From: Lama guanicoe
Lineage: Eukaryota
Direction: 5' to 3'
DNA length: 64,000 nucleotides
NCBI GenBank assembly: GCA_013239625.1
Contig: MU053629.1
Coordinates: 530,676 to 594,675, forward strand
The position numbers were made by a program, and so were the translations under genes. The notes under the pieces are model-generated. The model had not been told where the DNA came from and ran no database searches. It was given only the letters and a program-made list of their open reading frames with translations. Below are positions 36,421-49,356 of this stretch, in pieces; the first letter of the stretch is position 1; every line of letters begins with the position of its first letter.

Positions 36421-36617
36421 GGAAACTCGCATAATTTTTTAATGGAGCTATAATTTCTTCTTGATACTTGTTCCTCAGTGATAAAAAGGAAGGAAACCAT
36501 ATGGAAGAACTGCATCTACCTGTTTATCAAATAGTTGCTGAAAATCTGCCCAGTGCTGAGGACCATAATTGTGGGCCCTCTAGGCGCTCACCATTATATG
36601 TAGAAAGTAGGCTGATA

Positions 36618-37155
36618 AACAGTTACTCAGTGTTGAGGCTTTATGGAATGCCTGCTCATCTGCCAGGCTCTGTGCTAGGCCCTGGGGTCACGGTGCACTG
36701 AGTCCTGGGTGGTGAGCACTCTCTGAGAGAGGAGCAAGGGGTGTGACAAACTGAGTCTTGAGTAAAGAGTAGAGCTTCCCCTCAGGTTGAAGGGTGACTT
36801 CTCCTGGCACCATCTGGAAAGCCACCCTTCTCCCTTATCTACTCAAAGCCTGTCGTTTGTTTAAGGCTGTGCTCATATGTCACCCTCAGCCTAATGGTCC
36901 CAGCTGACTATACCCAAAGCCGTGTCTTCATCCCAGGAACACCTCTTGTCCCCTTGTTATTAGTGTCTCCTTTTTCTAGGACTCCTTGGTTACCTCTCAG
37001 GAGAGTCCTCTCTCTGGGTGTGGATCATATGTGTGTTTTGAGTGTTTAAGCCCACTAAATGCAGGTCCAGCCTTATTCCATCTCATTTTTTCCCCCTAAA
37101 GCACCCAGCACAGTATCTTGTACATGATAAGTGATTGGTAAGTTGTTACCAACTG
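36618..37155. mobile_element. L2 remnants (antisense 3' end ~36618-36760; sense 3' end ~36840-37155)
   Basis: tgccaggctctgtgctaggccctgggg; gcacccagcacagtatcttgtacatgataag. Confidence 0.55.
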
Positions 37156-37962
37156 ACCCATTACCAGCCCCCTCTGTTCCTTTCACCGTAGTCCCAGAAT
37201 GTGAGTCTTGACTCCTGTGTCCATGAGATACTTGTGCCCTAGGCAGTTATTTCTACAACTTAGGGTAATCGTGTTGAATGTGAGAGGGAGATTTCGCAGA
37301 AGGTCATGAAAATAACTCAGCTGAGGAATATTTTATAGAGTTGCCTGGCATAAAAAGCCCTGAGGAGCTTCCTGTCTCTTTGGAGGAGATGATCTTATAA
37401 GGAAGAGAGCCATTCAGTTTCATCAAGATTGAAGTAACTGAAAGTAATCTTGTGTTATAGTGGAATTTATTTAAATTCCTGAAAAAGGGTCTACTATAAA
37501 TAAGGGCAAAATAAGTCAAACTCAAAAAATAGAATTTTACCACTTCACTAAAATGCTTAATGTTCCATATTTACGTGTAAGAATCCTAAATTCTACGTAT
37601 CTTCAGTCATACCATCCTACTGTGAGAAGCACTTTCCACACTGCGATCTAGTTTTGTTGGGTATTGTACCATGGTATTGTAGCAAGGCCATGGACCCTGG
37701 AGGGAGGTATACCCAGGTTAGAGTCCCGCCCCCAGCTACTACTTTTGTGACCTTAGGCAGAGTATATCCATATACATATGCATTTGCATTCACTAGTAGA
37801 TGCATTTACACCTGCATTTACATGTCCATAAACAAAACGGGGATTACTGTGTATATTTGACTGTGTTGTCAGTCAGTTTATGTCAAAATTATACTAATAG
37901 CCCACGTTTAGGAAACTTGTATTAAGTAAAATACGAGTGGGGCTATAACTAGCCTGGCTCAG

Positions 37963-38368
37963 TGTATTAGTTTGCTAAGGCTGCCGTAACAAAGAACCCC
38001 CAGTTAGGTGGCTTAATCTGAATTTGACTGCCTCGCGGTTCTGGTGACTGGAAGTCCAAGATCAAGGTGTCCTTCTGAGGGCTGGAGGGGAGGATCAGTT
38101 CCAGGCCTCCCTCCTTGGCTTTTAGATGCCTGTCTTCCTATGTCTCTTCCCATCATTTTCCCTGTATCCATGTCTCTGTGTCTAAATTTCCCCCTTTTAA
38201 TAAGGACACCAGTGATTTTGGATTAGGGTTTGCCCTAGTGGCATTTTGCCTTGATTATCTCTATAAATACTCCATCTCCGAATAAGGGCATACTTTAAGA
38301 TTCTTGGGTTAAGACTTCAACATACGAATTTTAGAGGTTGGAGAGGGGATACAATTCAACCCATAACA
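37963..38368 (-). mobile_element. MLT1-family solo LTR, inserted at the end of a MIR (~37680-37960)
   Basis: tgtattagtttgctaaggctgccgtaacaaag...ctggaagtccaagatcaaggtgtc...ataaggacaccagtgattttggattaggg...acaattcaacccataaca. Confidence 0.88.
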
Positions 38369-41300
38369 TTATGTTAGGTGTTGTGTTGAGGACAAGACGT
38401 GTATCAGTTTTGCAGTTCAGACACTGACAGGTGGCAAAATATTATAGAATAATTCCTGTAGGTGTGTCATTCACACTTTCAAGGTCAGGAAATTCTTCAG
38501 TCCTGCCATTTCTCTAGAGATACTTATCTTTGTCTCCCTCTCTCTTGACTGACCTCTGCACTTCTTCTGTTATTTTTCCAACTCTAGCTTAAGTTTTGTA
38601 TTTGTTCTCAAAATTGTTTTCCAAGAAGTAGTCTAGGTTAGAGAGACAGATAATAAATATGACAGTATCTTAAAATAATACTTTTAAATACTATGCTCTA
38701 CTCAGTCATGCTGTCAAGGGGTCATCCTTTCATGTCATAGCCCCCGGGACATGTTTATTTCTTCCCTGTGCTCTTGATGAAGTAAAATTTATGTACACAG
38801 ACTTAAATTTGATTTGGTTTTGTCATTTGGAAATGTAAATCTTATCCATAACTCACTGATGAAATTGGCAAGACGTTTGGTTTGGCTTTATCATATTAAG
38901 TGTAGGAAAATGGTACGCCATCAGAGCACTTCAATTTAGTTAATATCTCTTTTGTAATTCTGGTTCAATCTACTAGGCAGTTCTGGAAACTTGGGCTTAC
39001 AGAAAGCAGAGCATTGATATTTACCATGCACATCCATGCTATTTTCTTCAGTAAAGTCTAGTACAGTCCTTTCATCTGTCTGTCATTTCCACTGTTTGCA
39101 ATATATTTTAAACTGTTGTTAAGCATCTTTCCTCTGCCTCTCTTCTGTAAATCTGGTTTATTGCCCATGCCAGATGTTTTCCCCCCTTTCATGCCTTTGT
39201 CGATTTGTCTTTCGATATGGTCCCTTGCAGCCTGAGCCCCTGCTAGCAGGATCGTTCTATGGGGTAGACTGAACTATAAAATCTAGATTGATTATTGGCT
39301 TTCCCAGTTGTTTATGCATATTCATTTAGCTAACCCATAAATCAAACTGCTGTTATCTGTATGTTCAGTTTTCATTTTTCCTTCTTGCCATTATATCTTC
39401 TGGGTTGCTCTGTAAAACCGTTGATGATTCGTTAGGAAAATAAATATAGCTTAAGGAAGTCTGAAACAAGGAACAAGAGTTTGTAAATGGGAAAAATCTG
39501 ATCATAGCCTTATTTATAACCATGAAAACTTATGAGTCGCTGATGTACACAAAAACAAAGATACAGCAAAGTCACTTATGACGGCCTTGCATTGCAATGT
39601 TATGCATCTATTTAACGCATCTATGTAGAACAGTGTTTCTAAAAACTTTGCAGCACCGTGGAAAATGATTATTGTGAAATTAGAATGGGGGAAACATCAG
39701 GATCCAGAATTATATAGAATATGTCATCTAAAACTATGTAAAATTAGGCATAAACAATGCCAAGGAGATATGTGAAAGTGTTAGCAGTGCTTATCTTTGG
39801 GCAAGATGGGACCAGACAGGCACGTGAAGTCAGGGTTCTGGTAGACCTGCGCTTAAACCTCCCCTTGCACTGGTGTTTTCCTGTTGCTTAGGAGACACAA
39901 ACTCTCAAGCCTAATTATCCGGAGTGAATAGGACTTCTCTCGTTGATTCATTAAGTCAGGTGCGTAGTTTGTTGTATGACACGTAATAATGCAGCTGGTG
40001 GAAGTTCCATTGTTAATAAAAAACAATACCCATCTCACTCATTTTACCGTGCTCCTAACATGAGCCCTGCATTTATTTTTCCATGCCTCTTTCTGTTTTA
40101 AACAGCAGACAATCGGAGGGGAGCTCCCAGAGCAGTGGCCTGTGTCAAGCCATGTAACCACTGTGTCCCGGTTGCCTTCCCTGGGGGGAAGCCCAAATTT
40201 TTTAGCATGGGGTTATGTTGAAGATTCAGTGAGCTGACCCATGAAAAGAGCTTAGGACCACTGCCAGGTACATAATCACTTATGTGTTCCTTGCTACTTT
40301 TTTATTTAAGAAATTAAAAAAATAAATGTAAGTAAGTAATTCAGGAGAATGGGAAAGTTCTAGCAAAGATTTATATATCTTGTAGAGAGCTGGGCTTGCT
40401 GATGGCTAAGTCTGAGATTTGGGATACCACAGGCTATATTAATTGTAACTAAGACTTCGCAATTTTTAGATATAAAATGAGGGTGATCTTAGAATGAGTA
40501 GCCACAGAAAATGAGGCTCCTTTGGAAAATCTAATCTCATGAGTAAATGCTGAGACTGGGGCTCTGATAATGCGCCGATGGACTTTGAAGCTCCAGAAAT
40601 GTAAATTTTAGTCAGATTCCTTGGTTTGTTTCCATCCTCCACGTAAGTGCCAGATTTCTACGTCTGGGCTCTAACAGAAATGCACTTCTGATTTATGGTT
40701 AATGGATTAACACAGACATATAGCAAGAATATGTTTTTAATACTCTCTTTTTTCCTTCAGAATCCACCCTTGCCAAAACCATGCACTAGTACCTTTTTGA
40801 GTGATGTATGACGCTGTGGTTTTGGAGCCTGTGATTGCCTGGTCTGAGGTCAGCAGTGAAAACTCTTTCAGTGAAAGAAAATGGAGCTAGGAAGTGGACG
40901 GTTTCTTGACTTTCCTGAGTGAAACCAAACATGACGGTCTGCGCTGTCCTGTCACAGCTGAAGTCTGCACTTGGCAACTTGCCTTCAGCCCGGTGTACAC
41001 TAATTTAGCATTAAATTCAGCACAAGCACAAGGAAGGTGACAGGGGGAACTTTTGTGCTGTTCTTTTCACACATTCTCCCAGGTTCGTCAGGAACACACT
41101 CTTATGTTTTTCCCCATATCATTGCAGAACAAAGCGTTCTCTCTCCCTCTGGTTTTTTTTTTTTTTCCTCCAAATAAAAGCTAGGCTGTCTGTACCCACC
41201 CGGGGGGTGTGTGCCTATAGTGACAAAGCTTGTGTTTATTACCATTAGCAGTAGCCTAGAGAATCTGCTTTCTTGGGATGTTATGGGCTTGTCACCAAGG

Positions 41301-42064
41301 GACAGAAAAAATGATGGGATGAATTTATTCCCAGTTACCCAAATGAATGGTAAATAATTCACGGTTCTCCTGGTTTTGACCTTCACTTTTGTTTTTCTTC
41401 TGGTTTTTTTTTTTCCTTAGAGCTGACCTTTTATTTCTCTATCATATCTATTTTTGTAAGAAGCCACAAATCATTTGAATGAGTTCAGGTATAAAAGAGT
41501 TCAAAATCAGAGTTAAATGTGGCGCCTTCTTCCTTACTTTAACTCATCAGAGGAAGAAAGTAGCAGGACTGAAAGGGAAAATCCAAGAGGACTAAGTTGT
41601 GGATGATTATTCCACTGTCTGGGCGAGCACAGCTGAACAGTGAGATTGCTGGAAAGCCATCTGATGGGAAAGGGTGGTATATACCAGACACATGCCAGGA
41701 AGTCACCTACCTTCCAAGATCTTTGGTCTTTATCTATGAAATGGGACTGCAAAACAAAGAACACCGAATTTCCTTTGTAATTTGTTGAGCACTTCAAGTG
41801 GAAAGATGCCCATGCAAGTGCCATGGGACTCCAGTGCCAATGGGCAGGAGATGCAGCGTCTTCTGGGGTTCCAGTGAGAACTTCAGCCTGGGAGAGGAGA
41901 GAGAGTCTGTCGTCTAGGGTGGTTGGAAAGACTAGTTTCTGCACGCAAAGCTTGATGCTGGTGAGGAACCAGGAAGAACTAGAGAAGCAGGGTGGTGCAT
42001 TTGAGACAGATGTATGCCACAGAGGCCAAAATAATTGAGTTTTGCGGGGACTGAAAATCCATCT

Positions 42065-42261
42065 AGAGAACAAGGACCTACTGTATAGCACAGGGAACTA
42101 CATTCAGTTTCTTGTAATAACGTATAATGGAAAAGAATCTGAAAAGAAAGTATATATGTATGCATATGTATAACTGAATCACTTTGCCGTACATCTGAAA
42201 CTGACATTGTAAATCAACTACACTTCAATAAAACATTTTTTAAAAACTAAAAAAAAAGAAA
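42065..42261 (+). mobile_element. Short L1 3' end with 12-bp TSD
   Basis: TSD GAAAATCCATCT at 42053-42064 and 42262-42273; aacaaggacctactgtatagcacagggaac...cttcaataaaa plus A-tail. Confidence 0.92.
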
Positions 42262-42291
42262 GAAAATCCATCTGTTTTGTTAAAATAGTTC

Positions 42292-42427
42292 TTTTTTTTC
42301 TTAGCTTGTTTTCTTTTTTTAACATTTTTGTATTGAGTAACAGCCATTTTACAATGTTGTGTCAAATTCCAGTGTAGAGCACAATTTTTCAATTATATAT
42401 GAACATTTTTTTTTCTCTGTGAGCTAC
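42292..42427 (-). mobile_element. Short young camelid L1 3' end
   Basis: T-rich tail, then cagccattttacaatgttgtgtcaaattccagtgtagagcac. Confidence 0.85.
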
Positions 42428-45105
42428 TTACAGTGTGCGTGGGGGATGGCAAATAGGTGAATGGGGCCCTGACTCTTGAGCTAAGCAGTTGGAGCCTGAT
42501 TTAACCCATGCATTTCAAAATCGGCTCTAAGCAAAATGGTAACACTGTGAACACTAGGTGTCTGTGCCCCTTTTAGCAAGTCTGCCTGTGTTTCTCTGCT
42601 TGTTGCCCTTTTTCAACAGTGCCGGATTCTGGATTGCTCTCCAGTAACTACCCCCACCCCTCAGAATTTCCCGGCAATTAGGAATCATCTTTTCTAAAGG
42701 CCAGCTCTCAATTCACTTGCTTGAAAGGTTCTGAAACTTAACTTTCTAAAACAGTGATAAATGCAAATACCTACTCGTACAGTGAAGTTTAACTGGGAAC
42801 AAATCATTACGGCCAACCATACACTTAATGATGGAATTTCAGATGCCAGTGCCAGGTGCCGAATGGGGATGGGAGGGTGAGTCGGAGGGACCTTTAGAGG
42901 GCTCTAATCATACCACGTGCACAGCCAGCCCTGTACGTTGTGGCAGTGTGGGAGGGTCTGGTTGTCATTTGCTACCAGTGTGACCCTGAGAAGATCTGTT
43001 GATCTCAAGATTATAGTTTTTCATCTGAGTCTGGAAAACCATCTCAAAGGCTTTCCCCCATCACTCTAGTCCCCGTGGTGGGCATCCTTTAGTTCTCCTG
43101 GTAGAGTTAGAAATGCTGCCTGCCCCTCCATCCATGCATTAAATAAATATGTACTGAGCCCATCTTTCTGGCAGGTACTTAATGGTGAGCATTACCCACG
43201 GTCCCTGCCCTCCAGTTGTTCCTGACTGATATGAATTGGTTCTTTTCTGAGTTTCTCATTTGCCAGACTGGAGGACCTCATCTTGTGAGCCGTGACGTTA
43301 AGCTTCTGTGGTCAGTGGAAATGGCTGTGGATGAGTAGGCATAGTTGGGTCGGTCTGCTGGCTGTCTGCCCTTTGTTCCTCCTTTAGTCATGATGTTAGT
43401 GTGAATAATTCCTAATGACTGATTTAGAAAAACAAAATCGTTTAGGTGTTTCCATGGCATACATATTAATTCCACAAACATTTATTGTCAACTGTGTGTG
43501 AGCACTGTGCTTCGGGCCTTGCAGTTCAAAGGTGGCCATAATGATACAGACCTTGCTCTCCGAGGACAGTGGGGGAGATGGGCCTCTCATGGCCAATGTG
43601 TTCTTGATGCTGTGTTGTATGTATATCTTACTGCTGGTGCCATGGGGACAGACGTGTAGACACAGTAGTAGCCCTGTGGGTTAGGGGACATTTATGAGGT
43701 GTGCAGAGCAGCCCTGGGTGCTAGCCACTTAGCTGGAATTTTTGTTGAATTGCCTGGTCTGCAAAGTTCACACCTGTGCAGGTGGTTAATGATTTCTTAT
43801 GCCCCTTGACCATCTGACCTTTTAATGACAATTATTTCTAGTTGAAGTATTCGAAGTCAAACAGTAGTCTTGGCTCCCCCTGGCTCCCCGCAGGAGCCCT
43901 AAAGAGACGTTCTTACGTGAGTGTTCCCTCTTGTTTTCTGTCCTCCCCACCCTGGTTGCAAAGGGCAGCGTGATCATCCTGGGCTGTTTCTAAGTGGGCT
44001 GCTGGGCACATGGAAGAGTCACATCAGCTGTGTTTGCTTACTGTTTGCTCCGAGCTGCTTGTTTGCTGGGGTTCTCACAAGTTGTGGGTGTGGAGGACGG
44101 GGGGAGCCTCTCCAATCAGACTGGCCTCTGAGTTCTCACTGGTTGGGAAGAGAGGTGAGGGCCCAGTGGGGAGATACGATGGTTATCTTAAGAGATGTCT
44201 GTGGCTGCCTGGGTTCTTACTTGTCAGATGAGCTCTTCCCCTTCCCCCCTTACAGAGGAGCAGGTCCGGGGTGGACCATGGGGAGGCTCTTTCCAGGGAA
44301 TTTCTTTGCGAGCAGAGTTGTTCACAGGAGACTGAGATATAAACACAGCTGAAATGATAGCTTTTGTATAGGTCTACACTTCATGCTGATTTTCAGTCAC
44401 GTGATGCATGCTGTTAGCAAACAGGGCTGTATTTTGCCTGCTGAGAGGAAAACAGACCTAAAGAAGGGGTTGGGCACAGCAGTCTTCTAAGGCGTCAGTG
44501 GCTGGAGGCAGATGATGGAGTGGGTGGTAACTCTCAGTCTCCTAAAGGTTCAGGGCTCCATTGAGACGTAGTGGCCTGACCCTGGGTCCTGCCAGCTGAG
44601 TGCCACCCCTCTGCTGTATGGCGGAGTGTGCAGAGCCAATGGCATCTCACAAGGTTGCTCCCGGGCAGAGGACATTGACAAGCCATGGAGCAGGCACCTG
44701 TTGTGATGCCAGCCCTGCCCCTGAGGGTGTGATTTTTTTCCCCTCTTTGGGTTCCTGGGTTGAGGGAATTCACCTGACATTCAAGAGAAACAGTCTAGGT
44801 CCTGGGAGTTACCTGCTCTACAGACACACTCAGTGTCACGGCTCATCCTTAGTTCTGCATGTAGAGAAATCATGTCATCTGATTTGAAGAAGGATGAACA
44901 TAGGAACTGTGTAGTGGCTAGGGTTACTAGACGGTGAACTCCATCGAGGCAGGAATCCTGTCTGTCTTTGTCCCCTAGTGCCTGAAACGATGTCCACTGT
45001 ATGACAGATGCAGAATAAACCATAACATGAATCTGGCAGCTCAGGTGGTGGCTGGGCGCAGTGGGTGGCTGCCAGTGTTTCTCCGACCCCTATGACTAAT
45101 ACATA

Positions 45106-45290
45106 ATAATAACAAACCCTGACTCGGTACTTTCTGTGTGCCTTTGACAGGTATTAACTGATTTAATTTTCTAGCAATCTTATAGGTAGGTTTATTATTA
45201 TCTCCTGTTTTAGAGAGGAGGAGATTGAGATAGCTCAGGGTGGCAGCTGGTAAGGCAGGGGTGAGGCTGGAGTACTTCGTGGCCCTCACT
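45106..45290 (-). mobile_element. MIR SINE
   Basis: ataggtaggtttattattatctcctgttttagagaggaggagattgag. Confidence 0.7.
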
Positions 45291-45638
45291 TATCAGAGGA
45301 GAGATCCCGGGGGTGGTTGCTCCTCTTGACCAATGGTGGGCATTTCTTTCGGAGAGGAGGCGGTCTTGGCCGAGTTGGGCTTGTTTGTCCCAGGGTGGAC
45401 TGGGGTGAGCCCGGGCAGCCTGCACTGCTGCCATCATCCCGGACTGTTTACAGCTCCCTGGGACTGGAGAGTGTTTACTTTGAAAGGAGAATGTCTGGGT
45501 TTCACCACGGATTCCATTGGCTCATCGTCCACAATGGATGGCACAGAAGGGTTTCTGTCTTGGTCCAGGCGACCTTCGCACATACCATCAAGGCCAAAAT
45601 GGTCAAGAGTGAGAAGAGGTTATGAAAAGAAAAGTAAT

Positions 45639-45768
45639 TCTTGCAGTAACCTGTAAGAATAAAGAATATGAAAACAGTTATATGTATGTGTATGTGTGAC
45701 TGAAACATTATGCTGTACACCAGAAATTGATACTTTGTAACTGATAATACATCATTAAAAGAAAAAAG
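45639..45768 (+). mobile_element. Short L1 3' end
   Basis: gactgaaacattatgctgtacaccagaaattga; A-rich tail; TSD GAAAAGTAAT at 45629-45638 and 45769-45778. Confidence 0.82.
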
Positions 45769-47399
45769 GAAAAGTAATGGTTGTTTTATGACTTTATACC
45801 CTGTCTCTTAGCAAAAAAAACAACAACAGGGACTTAAGTTCCAACTAAATAGCATGCATTCAGACTGGGGCAAAAGGACAAGGATTGGATCAGAAAATAG
45901 AGACAGGCTAGACTGTAACAATATTGCAGCCAACGCCACAGCCACTGGGCTCTCAACCTTCCTGCAGCCAAACCAGAAGTGGAAACCTGGTCAGTTGTCC
46001 CAGGTTCCCAGCCTGGAGGGGCATGAGTTAGCAGGAGGTTTGAGGATACAGAGGAGCAAAGAAGAGGGCCTGCTGGAGTCAGGTGCAGCGCTGCACTGCC
46101 CAAAGACCATCCCAATGGAGAGGGTGTGTCACATTTCACCACTGAGTGTTGTCCCGACTGTGTGGTTGGCTCAGGGCTTGCGTGGATCTCTAGTGAGACT
46201 TCTCATGAGTGCTGAATGCATACCCATCTTTGGCTGCCATCTCTAGGTTGTTCTGTGTTTTAATCCTGCTTTCTTTTTGCCATAAGTCAGGACACTTCAT
46301 TCCAACAAGTGTCCATTCTGCACGTCTCTGTGTTAAGAGCAGAGGTAGAAACAGCTCATTGCCTTGCTCTCATTGGGACGGTGAGTAAATCCCCCCGCAC
46401 TCTGGTGTCAGACCTCACTGAGGTTTTCCTTTGCAGGGGATCCGGTTGCAAGAGAGCAATAAAAGTACCTTGACTTTATATGTAATTTTGTGGTTTATAA
46501 AACATTTTTATGTACATAATTTGCAATTTTAAAAACATTCCTCTGAAGGAAATTGTTGGTCTTGTTTGATGCTCTGTGCTTTGGAACACTGAGTCATAAA
46601 AAGGGTAAGCCAAGGGTAAGAAGAAGAAATTGGATCTTTTTGGTCTTCAGCCCCTCTGCAGAGATCTTTCAGAGTGAATGATTGGGTTTTTTTGTCCTTT
46701 GAGTCATATGTTCCCATGAAGTGATAACAATGCTTTTTGCAGTAGTTCTGAGATGGTAGGGAACTTGAACATGAACCATGTAGTGTATCCCTTGTTCTGT
46801 TGAACGTCTGCCCGAGCTCAGGATAGTGGCCTCCGTTCCATGGTCTCCTTTGTGAGATGTTAGGGTGAGGAGACAAGGGGAAGACTTGGCCAAGCACCTG
46901 GGCTCTGCTGGGAGCCTCCTTTCATAGGAGCTGGTCTCTTCCTGCTCCCTGGAAAGCAGAGGGAGAAGGTCCAAGGCGTTGACAGGCCTGGGGTTGAACC
47001 TGGATCACAGACTCCTGCCCTTTGCTTGAACGGACACTTGTCCACTCTTCCTCTCCCCTCTCATGCACACCCGGCAGCAGCATGTGTGGTGGGACACCTG
47101 CCTCCAGGAGGGGCACTTAGCTACCTGGGAACTGCTCCTAGGACTGTCATAAGGAGGAAACCACATCTGTGTAGATACTGTGTATGTAGGGAGTCTGCAG
47201 CAATCACATGGTGACCTGCTTCTGGATAAAAAGCCTTCGAAGCATAAATCGGAGCTACTGCCTATTCCTCCACCCCCTCCAGCAGGCCTCTGAGCTTGCT
47301 GTGCCAGCATCCTCTCCTCCTCTGTCCCATGACCCTGCAGCTCCAGCTTTATCCCCCTCTAGTCTCCTCATATCTCCGCTGCCAGGTTCTCTTGTCCTG

Positions 47400-47800
47400 A
47401 GTCCCCAGCTCCGCTGAACTGTGAGTAGCATTTAGCTCAGTGGATCTCTCCCTCCTGCTTGATGCGCTTGCCTCCAGCACCCCCTCTCCATTCTCCTCCT
47501 TCCCCTACCACCAGACCTCTTTGCAGGTTCCTTCTTGTACTGATTGTAGAACAATGTTCCATGACCCCGACCTCAGGCTTCTTCTCTCTCTTGCTCAGTC
47601 CCTAAATGATCTTTCTAGTCCCAGGGATTTGAGTATGATGACCCACCACGTTGTGTCACCAGTGTTGTATTTGACTCTGCTCCACCTCTCACTGAAGGCA
47701 TCTCAAAGAAACTCATCAGTGACTTTTCACCCCAAACCTGTGCCTCCAGCCGCTTTCCCCAACTCAGTCAATGGCTTTTCCAGTTGTTTTGAATAGAGGT
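47400..47800 (+). mobile_element. L2 LINE fragment
   Basis: Pyrimidine-rich L2 body: aggcatctcaaa...cccaaacctgtgcctccagccgctttccccaactcagtcaatggc. Confidence 0.6.
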
Positions 47801-48377
47801 GTTCCTTCACTGTCCTACTCTTTCTGCTTTTCTTCTTCCCTTCTGCTGCCCAACTTTCAGGCTTCTCTCCCGTGTTCCTTGTTGATTCTGCTCCCAAGCC
47901 CCAGGCTCTGTTCTGCAGGCACCCTGTTCCTCCCTGTGCCCCTTTCTCCTCGCTCCCCTGTGTGTCTTCTTCCTTCTTCTTCCTTTTGTTGACTGTCTTG
48001 ATGTCAAATTCTGTTCATGTCATGGCTCTTTCCCTATGATTGAGTCTTTCTCTCTGCTTGGCTCCAGGCACCATTCATTTGCTCTTCAGAAAGCCCAGTT
48101 ATTAGCCTGGGAAGGGATGCTACATGCAGGGACCCCTATACTGTGCTGTCTCCTGTTCCCAGGGAATGGAAGACATGAACCGTCCCACCCTCTCTGGTGC
48201 ATGGTGTAAACGGCGTCCATGACGTCACCCTGTTCCATGGCCCTCCTGGAACTGTACCACCAGCTGTGCTCATGGGTCTCTGGTTCACGAAACCCCACAG
48301 TTGTCACCAGCCCCAGGGGAAATACGAATCCACGGAGTGATCTCCATCACAGCAAATGTGTCTAGTTACTTACGGAG

Positions 48378-49267
48378 TTTATTTTTGTTTTTATTGAAGT
48401 ATAGTTGATTGACAATGTCTTGTTAGTTTCAGGTGTACAGCATAGTGACTCAGTGTTTTTGCACACGATATTCCATTATAGATTTTTACAAGATAGTAGC
48501 TATAATTCCCTGTGATATACAGTATGTCCTTATTGCTTATCGATTTTATATATAGTAGCTTGTATCTGTTAGTCCCATTCCCCTAATTTTTTCCTCTCCC
48601 TTCTCCCCTTTGGTGATCACAGGTTTCTTTTCTTTATCTGTGAGTCTGATTCTGTTTTGAATATACACTCATTTGCATTATTTTTTACATTCCACATAAA
48701 AGTGATACCATGCGGTTTTTTTTTCTTTTCATATTCTTTTTCATTTTAGGTTACTATAAGATATTGAATATGGTTCCCTGTGCTATACAGTATAAACTTG
48801 TTTATTTTATATATAGCAGTTAGTATCTAAATCTTGAACTCCCAATTTATCTCTCTCCACTCCCTTTACCCCTGATAACCACAAGTTTGTTTTCTGTGTC
48901 TGTGAGTCTGTTTCTGTTTTGTAAATGAGTTCATTTATGTCTTTTTTTTTTTAGGTTTCACATATGAGTGATCTCATATGGTATTTCTCTTTCTCTTTCT
49001 GGCTTATTTCACTTAGAATGACAGTCTCCAGATCCATCCATGTTGCTGCAAATGACATTATTGTATTCTTTTTTTATGGCTGAGTTGTATTCCATTGTAT
49101 AAATATACCACAACTTCTTTATCTAGTCATCTGTCAATGGACATTTAGGTTCCTTCCATGTCTTGGTTATTGTAAATAGTGCTGCTGTGAACATGGGGTG
49201 CATGTATCTTTCTGAATTACACATTTTGTGGATATATGCCCAGGAGTGTGATTGCTGGATCATATGG
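48378..49267 (-). mobile_element. Two abutting/nested L1 3' regions (48378-48715 and 48716-49267)
   Basis: The same L1 3'UTR segment (ttccctgtg(a/c)tatacagta...gtgagtctg...ttctgttttg...catttg/catttatg) occurs twice, separated by a T-run at 48716. Confidence 0.88.
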
Positions 49268-49356
49268 ATATTGTACAGTTCAAATTAGATTTCCTCAAAT
49301 TGGAGCATTGGTTGGTTATATAAATATGCCTGTAAAAAGAGTTAGGTAGAGCCTTT

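Noticed and set aside
41534..42091. 185-aa minus-strand ORF
   Set aside because: Starts inside an L1 tail, has no recognisable domain or supporting splice structure; a chance ORF.
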